Assembly: GCA_030432025.1 (NCBI GenBank)
Contig: JAUIIA010000002.1
Location: 207,276 to 271,275 of the forward strand
DNA from: Alphaproteobacteria bacterium
Lineage (GTDB): Bacteria; Pseudomonadota; Alphaproteobacteria; Micavibrionales; Micavibrionaceae
Length of the DNA stretch: 64,000 nt
Direction: 5' to 3'
Position 1 is the stretch's first letter, and each line of letters starts with the position of its first letter. A program made the translations under genes and the position numbers. The notes beneath the pieces were generated by a model. That model saw nothing but the letters and a program-made list of their open reading frames with translations, was not told the origin of the DNA and did no database searches. Of this stretch, positions 48,051 through 60,656 are shown piece after piece.

Positions 48051-49208
48051 ATGCCTGAAGATTGGGAAGAGCTAAAAAACATAACCCTCGAAGTGTGGGA
48101 ACATGGCTTTATGGGCATAGATGTCGGCAGCATCATTATCGCTATCGTCATTTTCGGCGCATTTCTCATACTACGCGGGTTCTTTAGCAAATTCGTGCTC
48201 TACCGCTTTCAACTCTGGGCACAAAAATCCGAAACTAAAGTCGACGACAAAGTTGTCGAAGCCCTTATTCCGCCCGTTAAATTCATCCCTGTTATTCTGG
48301 GTGTATTTTTCGCCACACAATATTTGAACCTAAACCCCGATCTTGCCGAATTCGTCCAACGCGTCGAAAAATCCATGATCGCATTTGCGATCTTCTGGGC
48401 AATCCACCGCGCGTCCGAACCGCTTAGCCATTCCATCAAACGTCTGGAAAGATTACTTACACGTTCCATGGTGCAATGGGTCTTCAAGGCATTGCGCGTA
48501 ATCATCGTCTTTATTGGCGCCGCCGTGATCCTCGAAATCTGGGGCATCGCAGTCGGTCCGTTACTCGCGGGTCTGGGCCTGTTCGGTGCCGCCGTTGCAC
48601 TGGGCGCACAGGATCTGTTCAAAAACCTCATCGGCGGCATCACCATTCTGGCCGAAAAACGTTTCCATCCCGGCGAATGGATTTGCGTCGACGGTGTCGT
48701 AGAGGGAACCGTCGAGGATATCGGCTTTCGCTCCACCAAGGTCCGCCGCTTTGACAAGGCACCTGTCCACGTGCCGAACTCGCAACTCGCCGATGTCGCG
48801 GTCACAAACTTTTCCCGCATGACCTTCCGTCGCATCTACTGGAAGATCGGTGTGGAATACCGCACCACAACCGAACAACTAAAAATCATCCGCGACGGCA
48901 TTTTAAAATATATCGAGGAAAGCGATGATTTCGAAAAGAGCGATGCGGTCAACACCTTCGTCCGTGTAGACAGCTTCAACAACAGCTCGATCGACATCAT
49001 GGTCTATTGCTTCACCCGCACCGTGATATGGGGCGAGTATCTGGAAGCTAAAGAGAAATTCGCTTTTGAAATTAAAAAAGTGGTCGAGGAAGAAGCAGGA
49101 ACAGGCTTCGCCTTTCCTTCACAAAGCATCTATCTGGAAAGCTTCCCGTCCGATGCGGCTGAAATTTTTAATCCGCCTGCGAAGAAATCTGCTAAAAAGG
49201 TTGCATGA
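48051..49208 (+). CDS. Mechanosensitive ion channel (MscS family)
   Basis: Several N-terminal TM helices, the pore-helix region GLGLFGAAVALGAQDLFKNLIGGI and a beta-domain (GTVEDIGFRSTKVRRFD); 385 aa. Confidence 0.88.
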   Translation: MPEDWEELKNITLEVWEHGFMGIDVGSIIIAIVIFGAFLILRGFFSKFVLYRFQLWAQKSETKVDDKVVEALIPPVKFIPVILGVFFATQYLNLNPDLAEFVQRVEKSMIAFAIFWAIHRASEPLSHSIKRLERLLTRSMVQWVFKALRVIIVFIGAAVILEIWGIAVGPLLAGLGLFGAAVALGAQDLFKNLIGGITILAEKRFHPGEWICVDGVVEGTVEDIGFRSTKVRRFDKAPVHVPNSQLADVAVTNFSRMTFRRIYWKIGVEYRTTTEQLKIIRDGILKYIEESDDFEKSDAVNTFVRVDSFNNSSIDIMVYCFTRTVIWGEYLEAKEKFAFEIKKVVEEEAGTGFAFPSQSIYLESFPSDAAEIFNPPAKKSAKKVA

Positions 49209-51979
49209 TTCCGGACCAGAAACCGCCTTCAGCACAGAAAATAGACCTGCCCGATATTCCGGCTCTATGCCTGAACGCAAAGCAGGCTTATGTGATGACA
49301 AGCGACGGAGAGCTGAAAACCCTCAGCCATGAACAAGCCACCTCCCTGCTCCACAAAAAACCTGTGCTCGTTTGCCACGCACCATATACGCGCGGACGTT
49401 TAGGCACAGATGCCGACTTCTATGCTTTCGATGTTCTTGAACTCTTTGCGTTCGTCCATCCCGGGCAATTCGCCACGCCCACCGTGCACGGTGTTTGCAA
49501 CGCCATCGGCCTACCGGAACCAGACGGCTACGACGATGCGCCGATGTCATTGATGGAGATCGCCCGCGCTCTCCTCTCCGACCTGAAAAACGATCCGCAC
49601 AAGGCAAAAGCCGACCCGCTGGAAATTGCACAAGTGATGGGCCTGCAAGGCAAAGGCTGGCCGTGGGCACCGTATATCTTTTCCGCACTGGGGGAGACAT
49701 ATGACGAGACAATCGCGATCAACAGCAAGTCCGGCCTCAATGTCTGGAAAAACCTGCCCGAATGGGCGGAAGAAGCCCCCGAACCACCAGCATCCCACCA
49801 TCCTGTTACAGGTGACGAAGCACGTGACCGACTGCAAAAACTCCTCGGCCATGATGCGGAACAACGCCAACCGCAGGTCGAATACGCGACACAAATCACC
49901 GCCGCATTCGCACCATTGAATGAGGCCGAAGAACCCAAAGTCGTTTTGGCAGAAGCGGGAACGGGCGTAGGTAAAACCCTCGGCTACCTCGCCCCTGCAT
50001 CCGTATGGGCGGAGAAAAACCAAGGTACGGTATGGATTTCCACCTACACAAAAAACCTGCAGCGCCAGATCGATCAGGAACTTGACCGCCTCTACCCCGA
50101 TCCGCACTTAAAGGACACGCATGTTGCGACCAGAAAAGGACGCGAAAACTACCTCTGCCTTCTCAACCTTGAAGAAACGGCAACGGGTGCAGGTCTCGCT
50201 AAAGATATACGCGCCGTCATCGGTGCCGGCATCATGGCGCGCTGGACTGTCGCCACCAAGGACGGCGATTTAACAGGCGGACAATACCCCGGCTGGCTGA
50301 CGACCATTTTGGGGTACCGTTACAGCGCAGGCATGTCCGATACGCGCGGTGAATGTGTATACTCCGCTTGCGATCACTACCATCAATGTTTCGTTGAACA
50401 CGCGGTCCGCAAATCCGAACGCGCCCGCATAGTCGTTGCCAACCACGCATTGGTGATGATCAATTCCGCGCTTGCAGGACCGGGCGAAGATATGCCATCC
50501 CGCTATGTATTCGATGAAGGACACCATCTCTTCGATGCTGCCGACAGTGCGTTCGCCGCACATTTGACGGGGCGCGAAACCCGCGACCTGCGCCGCTGGA
50601 TATTGGGTAATGAAGGCGGGCGCAGACAATCCCGCGCACGTGGCCTTAAGCGCCGCGCCGAAGATCTGGCCGAAGGCATGCAGGATGCCGAAGAAGCTTT
50701 GAACAAAATCCTCAACGCGGCCGAAGTACTACCGATGGAAAGCTGGACCCGTCGACTTCGTGATGGCGTCCCCAGCGGCCCGACTGAAAAATTCCTCGCC
50801 GAAATTTACAAACAGGTTTATGCCCGTGCCGACGGACGCGACGGCCCATACTCGCTGGAAACCGAAGCGTTCCCGGTAGACGACAATGTTCTGGAGCAAG
50901 CCCGCAAACTCAAATCCGCTCTGACCTCTCTGCAAAAACCAATGCAGGAACTCAGCTCTATTTTCGCGAAAAAACTGGAGGAAGACGAAGGCTATCTCGA
51001 CAGCGATACACGTAAACGTCTTGAGGCCGTATCAAACTCGCTTGAACGACGCAGCATGCTCACCCTGCAAGCATGGATATTGATGCTCGAAAATCTTGAT
51101 AAGGGCGAAACACCTACACAATATGTCGATTGGATGGAGATCGAGCGCAACGACGGCCGCGCTTATGATGTCGGCCTCTACCGCCACCATGTCGACCCGA
51201 TGAAACCGTTTGCAACATCCGTAAAACCGCATCTACATGGTATGGCTGTAACTTCCGCAACGCTGCGCGACAAAAGCGGCGATGAGGATGCAGATTGGGC
51301 CAGCGCCCGCCAACGCAGCGGAGCAATTTACCTCACCCCTGAAAGCCACGATGTCAGCTTCACCTCCCCGTTTAACTACGCCGAACAAACCAAGGTCTAT
51401 ATCATCAACGACGTGCGTAAAGACGACCTGCGCCTTGTCGCAAGCGCCTACAAATCCCTATTCAAAGCAGCAGGCGGCAGCGCGCTTGGCCTCTTCACCG
51501 CGATCTCCCGTTTACGGGCCGTACACGAAAACATCGCCGAGGATTTGGAAGAAAATGGCATCCCGCTCTACTCGCAACATGTTGATGAAATCGACACCGG
51601 CACGCTGGTTGATATGTTCAGGGAAGATAAACACGCCTGCCTGCTCGGCACCGATGCCATTCGTGACGGCGTAGACGTTCCGGGTGATTCTCTGCGCCTT
51701 ATCGTATTTGACCGCGTTCCATGGCCCCGCCCGACCATTTTGCACAAGGCCCGCCGTAACGCATTCGGCGGTCGCACCTATGACGAGATGATTACACGCC
51801 TGAAGCTCAAACAAGCTTTCGGCCGTTTGATCCGCCGCGGCGATGACAAAGGCGTGTTCGTGATGATGGATTCGATGCTCCCCTCACGCCTACAAACCGC
51901 CTTCCCGCCCGAGGTCGAAATCATCAAATGCGGTCTGGCAGAGGCCGTAACAGGCATTACCGACTTTATCGGTAAATAA
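49205..51979 (+). CDS. DinG/Rad3-family ATP-dependent DNA helicase with a long N-terminal extension
   Basis: Walker A AEAGTGVGKT, DEGHH (DEAH-like) box and a C-terminal helicase motif GRLIRRGDDKGVFVMMD; 924 aa. ATGA overlap with the MscS gene. Confidence 0.85.
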   Translation: MIPDQKPPSAQKIDLPDIPALCLNAKQAYVMTSDGELKTLSHEQATSLLHKKPVLVCHAPYTRGRLGTDADFYAFDVLELFAFVHPGQFATPTVHGVCNAIGLPEPDGYDDAPMSLMEIARALLSDLKNDPHKAKADPLEIAQVMGLQGKGWPWAPYIFSALGETYDETIAINSKSGLNVWKNLPEWAEEAPEPPASHHPVTGDEARDRLQKLLGHDAEQRQPQVEYATQITAAFAPLNEAEEPKVVLAEAGTGVGKTLGYLAPASVWAEKNQGTVWISTYTKNLQRQIDQELDRLYPDPHLKDTHVATRKGRENYLCLLNLEETATGAGLAKDIRAVIGAGIMARWTVATKDGDLTGGQYPGWLTTILGYRYSAGMSDTRGECVYSACDHYHQCFVEHAVRKSERARIVVANHALVMINSALAGPGEDMPSRYVFDEGHHLFDAADSAFAAHLTGRETRDLRRWILGNEGGRRQSRARGLKRRAEDLAEGMQDAEEALNKILNAAEVLPMESWTRRLRDGVPSGPTEKFLAEIYKQVYARADGRDGPYSLETEAFPVDDNVLEQARKLKSALTSLQKPMQELSSIFAKKLEEDEGYLDSDTRKRLEAVSNSLERRSMLTLQAWILMLENLDKGETPTQYVDWMEIERNDGRAYDVGLYRHHVDPMKPFATSVKPHLHGMAVTSATLRDKSGDEDADWASARQRSGAIYLTPESHDVSFTSPFNYAEQTKVYIINDVRKDDLRLVASAYKSLFKAAGGSALGLFTAISRLRAVHENIAEDLEENGIPLYSQHVDEIDTGTLVDMFREDKHACLLGTDAIRDGVDVPGDSLRLIVFDRVPWPRPTILHKARRNAFGGRTYDEMITRLKLKQAFGRLIRRGDDKGVFVMMDSMLPSRLQTAFPPEVEIIKCGLAEAVTGITDFIGK

Positions 51980-52118
51980 CCCCCTGATTTAAAAAGCATA
52001 ATATATGCTGTTGAAAAAAGATTTTTGAGTCTTGCAGTGCCTCAAAGCCTTCTTTAATGTCTGGTTTGATAGCAATAATAGACATCAATAAGAATCTTTT
52101 TGAGGGAGAAATATCGCT

Positions 52119-53567
52119 TTGAAACCGTTTATCCGGGAACTGCCGTTTAAAGACCCGATAGCCGTGTTTAGCGCACTGCAACACCTTCCCTATTCCATTA
52201 TTTTCGACAGCGCCGACAGCGACCACCCCAACGCCCGTTATTCTTTCATCGTCTCCCACCCGATCGAGACTTTGGAATATAAAGACGGCGAAATGCTGGT
52301 CACAAACTGGGAAGAACAAACCCGCATAAAAGGCGAGCCGTTCAAGATCGTTCAAGACCGCCTAAAACACTGGATACCGGAAAGCGAACCCGCAAAAGGC
52401 ATGCCGCCATTTCAAGGCGGCGTAGCAGGGTATTTCGGCTATGACCTTGGCCGCGCTTTGGAAGAACTACCGGAAGACACCAAGGACAGCCCCGACCTGC
52501 CGGACCTCGCGCTCGGTATTTACGATCAAGTCATGGCCTTTGACCATGAAAAAGATCAGGCATGGATCATCACTCATGCGCCGAGCTATCACGAAGCCCG
52601 TAAAAAACAGGATTACCTGCTTTATCTGATCTCCCGCCCAGCAGAGATAGAAGCTTTTGAAGGTGCCGATCTGGATTGGGAATCAAATTTCGATGCGCCG
52701 GATTACATCGATATGGTCGACAAGGTCATCGATTACATCAAGGACGGCGATATCTTCCAGGCCTGCGTCGCACAACGCTTTGATACCAAGCTACCTGCGG
52801 GCTTTGACCGCTTCGCCCATTACTGCTACTTGCGTGAAGTCAATCCTGCACCGTTTGCGGCCTATATGAACTGCGGAGACATTGCGATCTCTTCCGCATC
52901 CCCTGAACGCTTCCTGACCGTGAAGGACCGCAAGGTCGAAACACGTCCGATCAAAGGTACACGCCCGCACATCGCTAACGAAACGCTGGACCGCCGTTAC
53001 CGTAAGGAACTCGCGGAGAGCGAAAAGGAACGCGCGGAAAACACGATGATCGTCGACCTGCTGCGCAATGACTTATCCAAATCCTGCCTTGCCAAAAGCG
53101 TGCAGGTAACTGAGCTATGCAAGCTGGAAACCTTTGCCAGTGTGCATCACCTCGTCTCCACCGTACGCGGCGAATTGAAGAAAAACAGAACATCTCTCGA
53201 CCTACTCAAAGGATGCTTCCCCGGCGGCTCCATTTCAGGCTGTCCGAAAATCCGCGCCATGGAAATCATCGAAGAACTTGAACCCACACGCCGCGGGCCC
53301 TATTGCGGCGCGTTCGGCTATGTCGGTTTTAACGGCAACATGGATTCCAGCATCCTGATCCGCACACTGGTCTATGAAGGTGACAAAGTCAGCTTCTCGG
53401 TCGGCGGCGGTATCACGGCCGATTCCGATGCTGATGCCGAATATCAGGAAACCTTCGACAAGGCCGAAGGCATCTTCCGCAGCTTCGACGTAGACACATA
53501 CGAATCCTACGAAGAAGAGCCGATCACCTACAACGAAGTCGCCAACGACGTTCAAATGGCCGGCTAA
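52119..53567 (+). CDS. pabB: Aminodeoxychorismate synthase component I (anthranilate synthase component I not excluded)
   Basis: Chorismate-binding motifs (SPERFL, RPIKGTRP, ENTMIVDLLRND, FPGGSISGCPK, RGPYCGAFGY); TTG start; followed by the amidotransferase subunit. Confidence 0.75.
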   Translation: MKPFIRELPFKDPIAVFSALQHLPYSIIFDSADSDHPNARYSFIVSHPIETLEYKDGEMLVTNWEEQTRIKGEPFKIVQDRLKHWIPESEPAKGMPPFQGGVAGYFGYDLGRALEELPEDTKDSPDLPDLALGIYDQVMAFDHEKDQAWIITHAPSYHEARKKQDYLLYLISRPAEIEAFEGADLDWESNFDAPDYIDMVDKVIDYIKDGDIFQACVAQRFDTKLPAGFDRFAHYCYLREVNPAPFAAYMNCGDIAISSASPERFLTVKDRKVETRPIKGTRPHIANETLDRRYRKELAESEKERAENTMIVDLLRNDLSKSCLAKSVQVTELCKLETFASVHHLVSTVRGELKKNRTSLDLLKGCFPGGSISGCPKIRAMEIIEELEPTRRGPYCGAFGYVGFNGNMDSSILIRTLVYEGDKVSFSVGGGITADSDADAEYQETFDKAEGIFRSFDVDTYESYEEEPITYNEVANDVQMAG

Positions 53568-53609
53568 GCCAAAGCAGAAAAACCTTCACATTTCCAATGA
53601 TTTGAGCGT

Positions 53610-54218
53610 ATGATCTCGCCTATGTTTTTGGTCATCGACAACTATGACAGCTTCGTACACAACCTCGCCCGCTACTTCGAAATAGCAGGCGTGGAAACGC
53701 AACTTGTACGCAACGATGCCATAACACTTGATGAAATCGAGGACATGGCCCCCGATGCCATTATCCTTTCTCCCGGCCCCTGCACGCCGCAGGAAGCCGG
53801 TATCTGCATCGACACTATCCGCAAATTTGGTGCAAACACCCCTATTCTGGGCGTGTGTTTAGGGCATCAAGCCATCGGAGAGGCCTATGGCGCCAGAACG
53901 ACACATGCGGATAAGTGCCACCACGGCAAAGCCAGTATAATTCAGCATAACGGAACGGGTGTATTTAACGACATCCCAAGTCCGATGCGCGTTGGCCGTT
54001 ACCACTCGCTAATCGTTGAACCGAACGACACATGTCCGCTAGACGTGCTTTCAACCACCGAAGACGGCGAGATCATGGCTTTCAAGCACCCGACACATCC
54101 CGTTTATGGCGTTCAGTTTCATCCTGAATCTGTCTTAACCGACCATGGCCAAGCCATGATCAACAATTTTGTCAAACTTGCCCTTCACCACTCAGCCCCA
54201 CAACAAGCTGCCGCTTAA
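53610..54218 (+). CDS. pabA: Class I glutamine amidotransferase component II (PabA/TrpG)
   Basis: VIDNYDSF, GVCLGHQ (catalytic Cys) and the HPES triad; 202 aa. Confidence 0.85.
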   Translation: MISPMFLVIDNYDSFVHNLARYFEIAGVETQLVRNDAITLDEIEDMAPDAIILSPGPCTPQEAGICIDTIRKFGANTPILGVCLGHQAIGEAYGARTTHADKCHHGKASIIQHNGTGVFNDIPSPMRVGRYHSLIVEPNDTCPLDVLSTTEDGEIMAFKHPTHPVYGVQFHPESVLTDHGQAMINNFVKLALHHSAPQQAAA

Positions 54219-54221
54219 AAC

Positions 54222-55121
54222 ATGAATACAATAAAAACCCTGACTGTTTACCTTGGCTCCTCCGGACATGCGCGTCCGGTTTTTCGTGAATCCGCTACCA
54301 AGCTCGGTGCACTTATCGGCGAAGGCGGCTATAAGCTGGTCTATGGTGGCATGGATGCCGGATTAATGGGGTTAATAGCCTTATCTGCACTCGAAAACGG
54401 CGCCCACGTTACGGGCATTATTCCGCGTAAATTAAAGGACAGCGAACGCATTCTTTCAAACCTCAACGAAACCGTAATGGTCGAGGATTTATGGGACCGC
54501 AAAAAGCGTATGTTCAAACAAGCCGACGCGATTGTGTCCCTGCCCGGCGGCTACGGCACGTTGGATGAAAGTCTTGAGATGCTTTATTGGGCGAAACTCA
54601 ATCTGCATAACAAGCCGCTCGTGCTGGTGAATGTAGAAGGGTACTGGAATGATTTGGTGCAATATCTCCACACTCTCCCCGACTTTGATGACCGTTACCT
54701 GATCGTTGTCGATACACCCGAAGAGGTCATCCCCGCTCTCGAAGCTTATGAAGTACTGCCGAGCGTTGAAGAAACGGACCGCTACCCGCATTTTGAGGAC
54801 GAGATTTGCCGCGAAACAGCCGAACCTATCGTCGTTGATAAAGCCTCGGTCGAAAACTCTTACTACGTTATCTGTGCACTCGGCCTGAAACAGCTGCATA
54901 AACATAAACGCCCGATTGGCTTTCTGAATACTGACGGCCAGTTTGACGGATTACTGAAATGGATTAACACAGCGGCGGAAGAAAAGTTCATAACCCAAAA
55001 CTGCCTAAAGCTCTTCAACGCGGGCACAGATTTAACCAAATTGCGTGAGACGCTTCATAATCAGGAATATGTAGAAGTGGATCTGCACAACGCCAAATGG
55101 GGCCCGCCGGAAGAAAAATAA
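54222..55121 (+). CDS. LOG family (TIGR00730) protein with a ~120-aa C-terminal extension
   Basis: VYLGSS, GGMDAGLMG and PGGYGTLDE motifs. At 299 aa it is longer than the ~190 aa usual for LOG proteins. Confidence 0.8.
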   Translation: MNTIKTLTVYLGSSGHARPVFRESATKLGALIGEGGYKLVYGGMDAGLMGLIALSALENGAHVTGIIPRKLKDSERILSNLNETVMVEDLWDRKKRMFKQADAIVSLPGGYGTLDESLEMLYWAKLNLHNKPLVLVNVEGYWNDLVQYLHTLPDFDDRYLIVVDTPEEVIPALEAYEVLPSVEETDRYPHFEDEICRETAEPIVVDKASVENSYYVICALGLKQLHKHKRPIGFLNTDGQFDGLLKWINTAAEEKFITQNCLKLFNAGTDLTKLRETLHNQEYVEVDLHNAKWGPPEEK

Positions 55122-55127
55122 ATCCGC

Positions 55128-55505
55128 TTAGTCCAGGGTATAAGCGGTAACGCCGGTAATATCTTCGATATCAATGATATGAACAGCCTTCACGTCTGTT
55201 TCTCTTGGTCCTGTCCGTGTTTTATCAAGCATCACAACATAAGAACCGCTGACCTGTATAATCGACCCAGTGAAAGCGTGGGAATACGTATAAACAGTGA
55301 CATTTGATTTGAACAAACGTCCTTTGCTCTCATACAGCTCTTCTAATATAGAACTGTAATTACGCGTATCGTTGAATTCATAAACTTTAAAACCACCGCG
55401 GGCTACATAAGCTTCAAGCTCTATAGCGCTCTCCTGCTGCGCATGCGCAGGAAAAATCAAAAAAACTGAAAGAAAAAGAGACAGGAATAATGCGTCTCTA
55501 AACAT
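55128..55505 (-). CDS. Hypothetical secreted protein (125 aa) 4 nt downstream of atpC
   Basis: Signal peptide (FLSLFLSVFLIFPAHA); no family recognised. Confidence 0.5.
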   Translation of the reverse strand: MFRDALFLSLFLSVFLIFPAHAQQESAIELEAYVARGGFKVYEFNDTRNYSSILEELYESKGRLFKSNVTVYTYSHAFTGSIIQVSGSYVVMLDKTRTGPRETDVKAVHIIDIEDITGVTAYTLD

Positions 55506-55509
55506 GGAG

Positions 55510-55914
55510 TTAGGCGGCCTTAGCGCTGATTTTGGCTTCGGTCATCACAATATGACGCTGAAGACGGGCTTTATCACTCGCTTCTTCGGCCAATTCAAGA
55601 TCATGGCGAAGTTCTTTAAGCTGCTTTTCCAATTTAGCAGGGTCCAAATCGGCAACATTAATCGCCTCTTCCGCGAGTACTGAACAATTTTCAGCCGTTA
55701 CATCCGCAAAACCGCCCGCAATAAAGATTTTCTGCGGCTCACCGTCTTTTTCTTTATACAGCTCGACGATGCCTGCCTTCAAGGACGCGACGAGTGAAGC
55801 ATGACCAGCCATAACGCCGAATTTGCCTTCCTCACCGGGAATGATGATCATATCGACAGGCTCGGACACCAATCGGGCTTCGGGGGATACAAGTTCAAAA
55901 TTAATCTGTGTCAT
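55510..55914 (-). CDS. atpC: F0F1 ATP synthase subunit epsilon
   Basis: FELVSPE...IPGEEGKFGVMAGHA is the typical epsilon N-terminal beta-sandwich. ATG 55914 overlaps the upstream stop (TAATG); an alternative ATG is at 55929. Confidence 0.9.
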   Translation of the reverse strand: MTQINFELVSPEARLVSEPVDMIIIPGEEGKFGVMAGHASLVASLKAGIVELYKEKDGEPQKIFIAGGFADVTAENCSVLAEEAINVADLDPAKLEKQLKELRHDLELAEEASDKARLQRHIVMTEAKISAKAA

Positions 55915-56135
55915 TATTCTGGTTTCCACTTAATTTGGAATTCAATCTCTTCTTCGTCTTCACCGCGTTCATGTTCAATAGTAAAACGCGCACGATCGGG
56001 TACATAAACACGCTCACCGTCGATCTGGATCTCGAAATTTTCGCCACTTTCGATGCAATCAGCCAAACGACGGATTTTTTCGACGAATTCTTTGTTCGTA
56101 TATTCTTTTTCTACATCACGTTGTACGACGGCCAT
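55914..56135 (-). CDS. Small acidic protein (73 aa) with an amphi-Trp-like motif, inside the atp operon
   Basis: FVEKIRRLADCIESGENFEIQIDGERVYVP...EEEIEFQIKW resembles the amphi-Trp domain pattern. The stop overlaps the atpC ATG by 1 nt. Confidence 0.55.
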   Translation of the reverse strand: MAVVQRDVEKEYTNKEFVEKIRRLADCIESGENFEIQIDGERVYVPDRARFTIEHERGEDEEEIEFQIKWKPE

Positions 56136-56146
56136 TGTGTTTCTCT

Positions 56147-56416
56147 CTAGCGGTTTAAGCGGACATATTCACGAACATCGTCAATCAGACGGGCCATATC
56201 ATCCAGACAATCAATATCGACTTCACAATATTCGCGGTCAATTTCATGCCCTTCATCTTCTTGCAGAACAAGAACGAGCTTTTTCATCCCGCCCTTTTCG
56301 TTGACGATGAAGCTCAAAGCACTGCGGTTAACTTCCGATAAAGGCGCAGAGTCAAACTCATGTACGGTCTTACCGTATTTGCCTTCCGAAAGATTTTGTA
56401 TCAGCGATTTGAGCAT
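56147..56416 (-). CDS. Small acidic hypothetical protein (89 aa) inside the atp operon
   Basis: ATG 56416 is preceded by AAGGA that overlaps the atpD stop (spacing ~9 nt). The ORF track starts at TTG 56422. No family recognised. Confidence 0.5.
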   Translation of the reverse strand: MLKSLIQNLSEGKYGKTVHEFDSAPLSEVNRSALSFIVNEKGGMKKLVLVLQEDEGHEIDREYCEVDIDCLDDMARLIDDVREYVRLNR

Positions 56417-56428
56417 CGTCAATTGTCC

Positions 56429-57931
<1,503 letters not shown>

Positions 57932-57951
57932 TTATTTAAACTCTTCTCTCT

Positions 57952-58137
57952 TTATTGTTCCAAAGTCGTCCCGAAGATCGCTTCGCTCGCCCTTGGATGG
58001 GTAAATTCAAATTCTGTATCACTCTCTCCGTTTAAATCGCCTTTTTCAGCGATATCTTCAGAAGTCGGTGGATTGTCATCAACAAATTCCTCAAACAACC
58101 TCAACTCGCCTGCTTTAGTCACGCGAGGCTTGGTCAT
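57952..58137 (-). CDS. Small acidic ORF (61 aa) filling the atpG-atpD spacer
   Basis: The ATG overlaps the atpG stop (TAATG). The ORF ends 32 nt before the atpD ATG, just before its AAGGAAG RBS. No family recognised. Confidence 0.45.
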   Translation of the reverse strand: MTKPRVTKAGELRLFEEFVDDNPPTSEDIAEKGDLNGESDTEFEFTHPRASEAIFGTTLEQ

Positions 58138-59045
58138 TACACCGCCTCCGCACCGGAGATAATTTCGATCAATTCCTTCGTAATGTGGGCCTGACGCGCA
58201 CGGTTGTACTCCAGCGTCAAACCATCAATCATTTCGCCCGCATTCCGTGTGGAGTTATCCATCGCAGTCATACGCGCGGCTTGCTCACCCGCAGCACTAT
58301 CCAGCAATGCACGGAAAATCTGTACACCGAGGTTACGCGGCAACAAGGCTTCCAGAATACGCTCTTCTTCCGGTTCGAAATCATACGGAGAAACCTGCTC
58401 GGCCTTCGCATCATCATCGTCCTCGGACGCCTCTTCACTGGCTTCAGGAAGTGCAAATGGAATCAATTGGTTAACAGTCGGCTTCTGCGTCAGAACAGAC
58501 ACGAATTCGTTGTAAATCAGGCTGCATACATCGAAGTTTCCGGCTTCAAACTCGTCCAGAATATAATCAGTAACCTTCGACGCATCCGCATATTCAACAC
58601 GGGAGGAGCCCATGAGACCGATAAAGCTTTGTGCAATCAAACCGGAATAGCCGCGTTTCAGGGAATCACGACCTTTACGACCGACACAAAGAACGGAAAC
58701 TTCTTTGCCTTCGGTAGTCAGTTCCTGAATTCTGGCAATCGCTTTTTTGACGAGGTTGGCGTTAAAACCACCACACAAACCACGGTCAGCAGTCACAACC
58801 ACCAACAAGTGGCGCTTATCTGAGCCCGTACCGGCCAAAAGCTTGGATGAACTTTCATTGATCACGACATTAGCCGCAACACGGGACAGCATCTCGCTCA
58901 TCGCTTGGGCGTAAGGCTGGCTGGCTTCCGCCTGCTCCTGCGCCTTACGCAGCTTTGATGCCGCAACCATCTTCATGGCCGACGTGATCTTTTTAGTCGA
59001 TTTGACCGACTTAATCCGGTCTCTATAGTCGCGTAGACTTGGCAT
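58137..59045 (-). CDS. atpG: F0F1 ATP synthase subunit gamma
   Basis: [37 protein letters not shown]-terminus and [15 protein letters not shown]-terminus. Confidence 0.95.
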   Translation of the reverse strand: MPSLRDYRDRIKSVKSTKKITSAMKMVAASKLRKAQEQAEASQPYAQAMSEMLSRVAANVVINESSSKLLAGTGSDKRHLLVVVTADRGLCGGFNANLVKKAIARIQELTTEGKEVSVLCVGRKGRDSLKRGYSGLIAQSFIGLMGSSRVEYADASKVTDYILDEFEAGNFDVCSLIYNEFVSVLTQKPTVNQLIPFALPEASEEASEDDDDAKAEQVSPYDFEPEEERILEALLPRNLGVQIFRALLDSAAGEQAARMTAMDNSTRNAGEMIDGLTLEYNRARQAHITKELIEIISGAEAV

Positions 59046-59069
59046 TACTTAACGTCTCCGATCCCCTGA

Positions 59070-60626
<1,557 letters not shown>

Positions 60627-60656
60627 GTTCGTTTTCCTTCTTTCGTTCTCTTAAAC

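Noticed and set aside
47195-48190. A plus-strand 227-aa ORF (47195..47878) and the 5' extension of the nitroreductase ORF up to 48190.
   Set aside because: The plus-strand ORF lies antisense to the nitroreductase core. The 64-codon extension would overlap the divergent MscS gene start and is not part of the nitroreductase fold.
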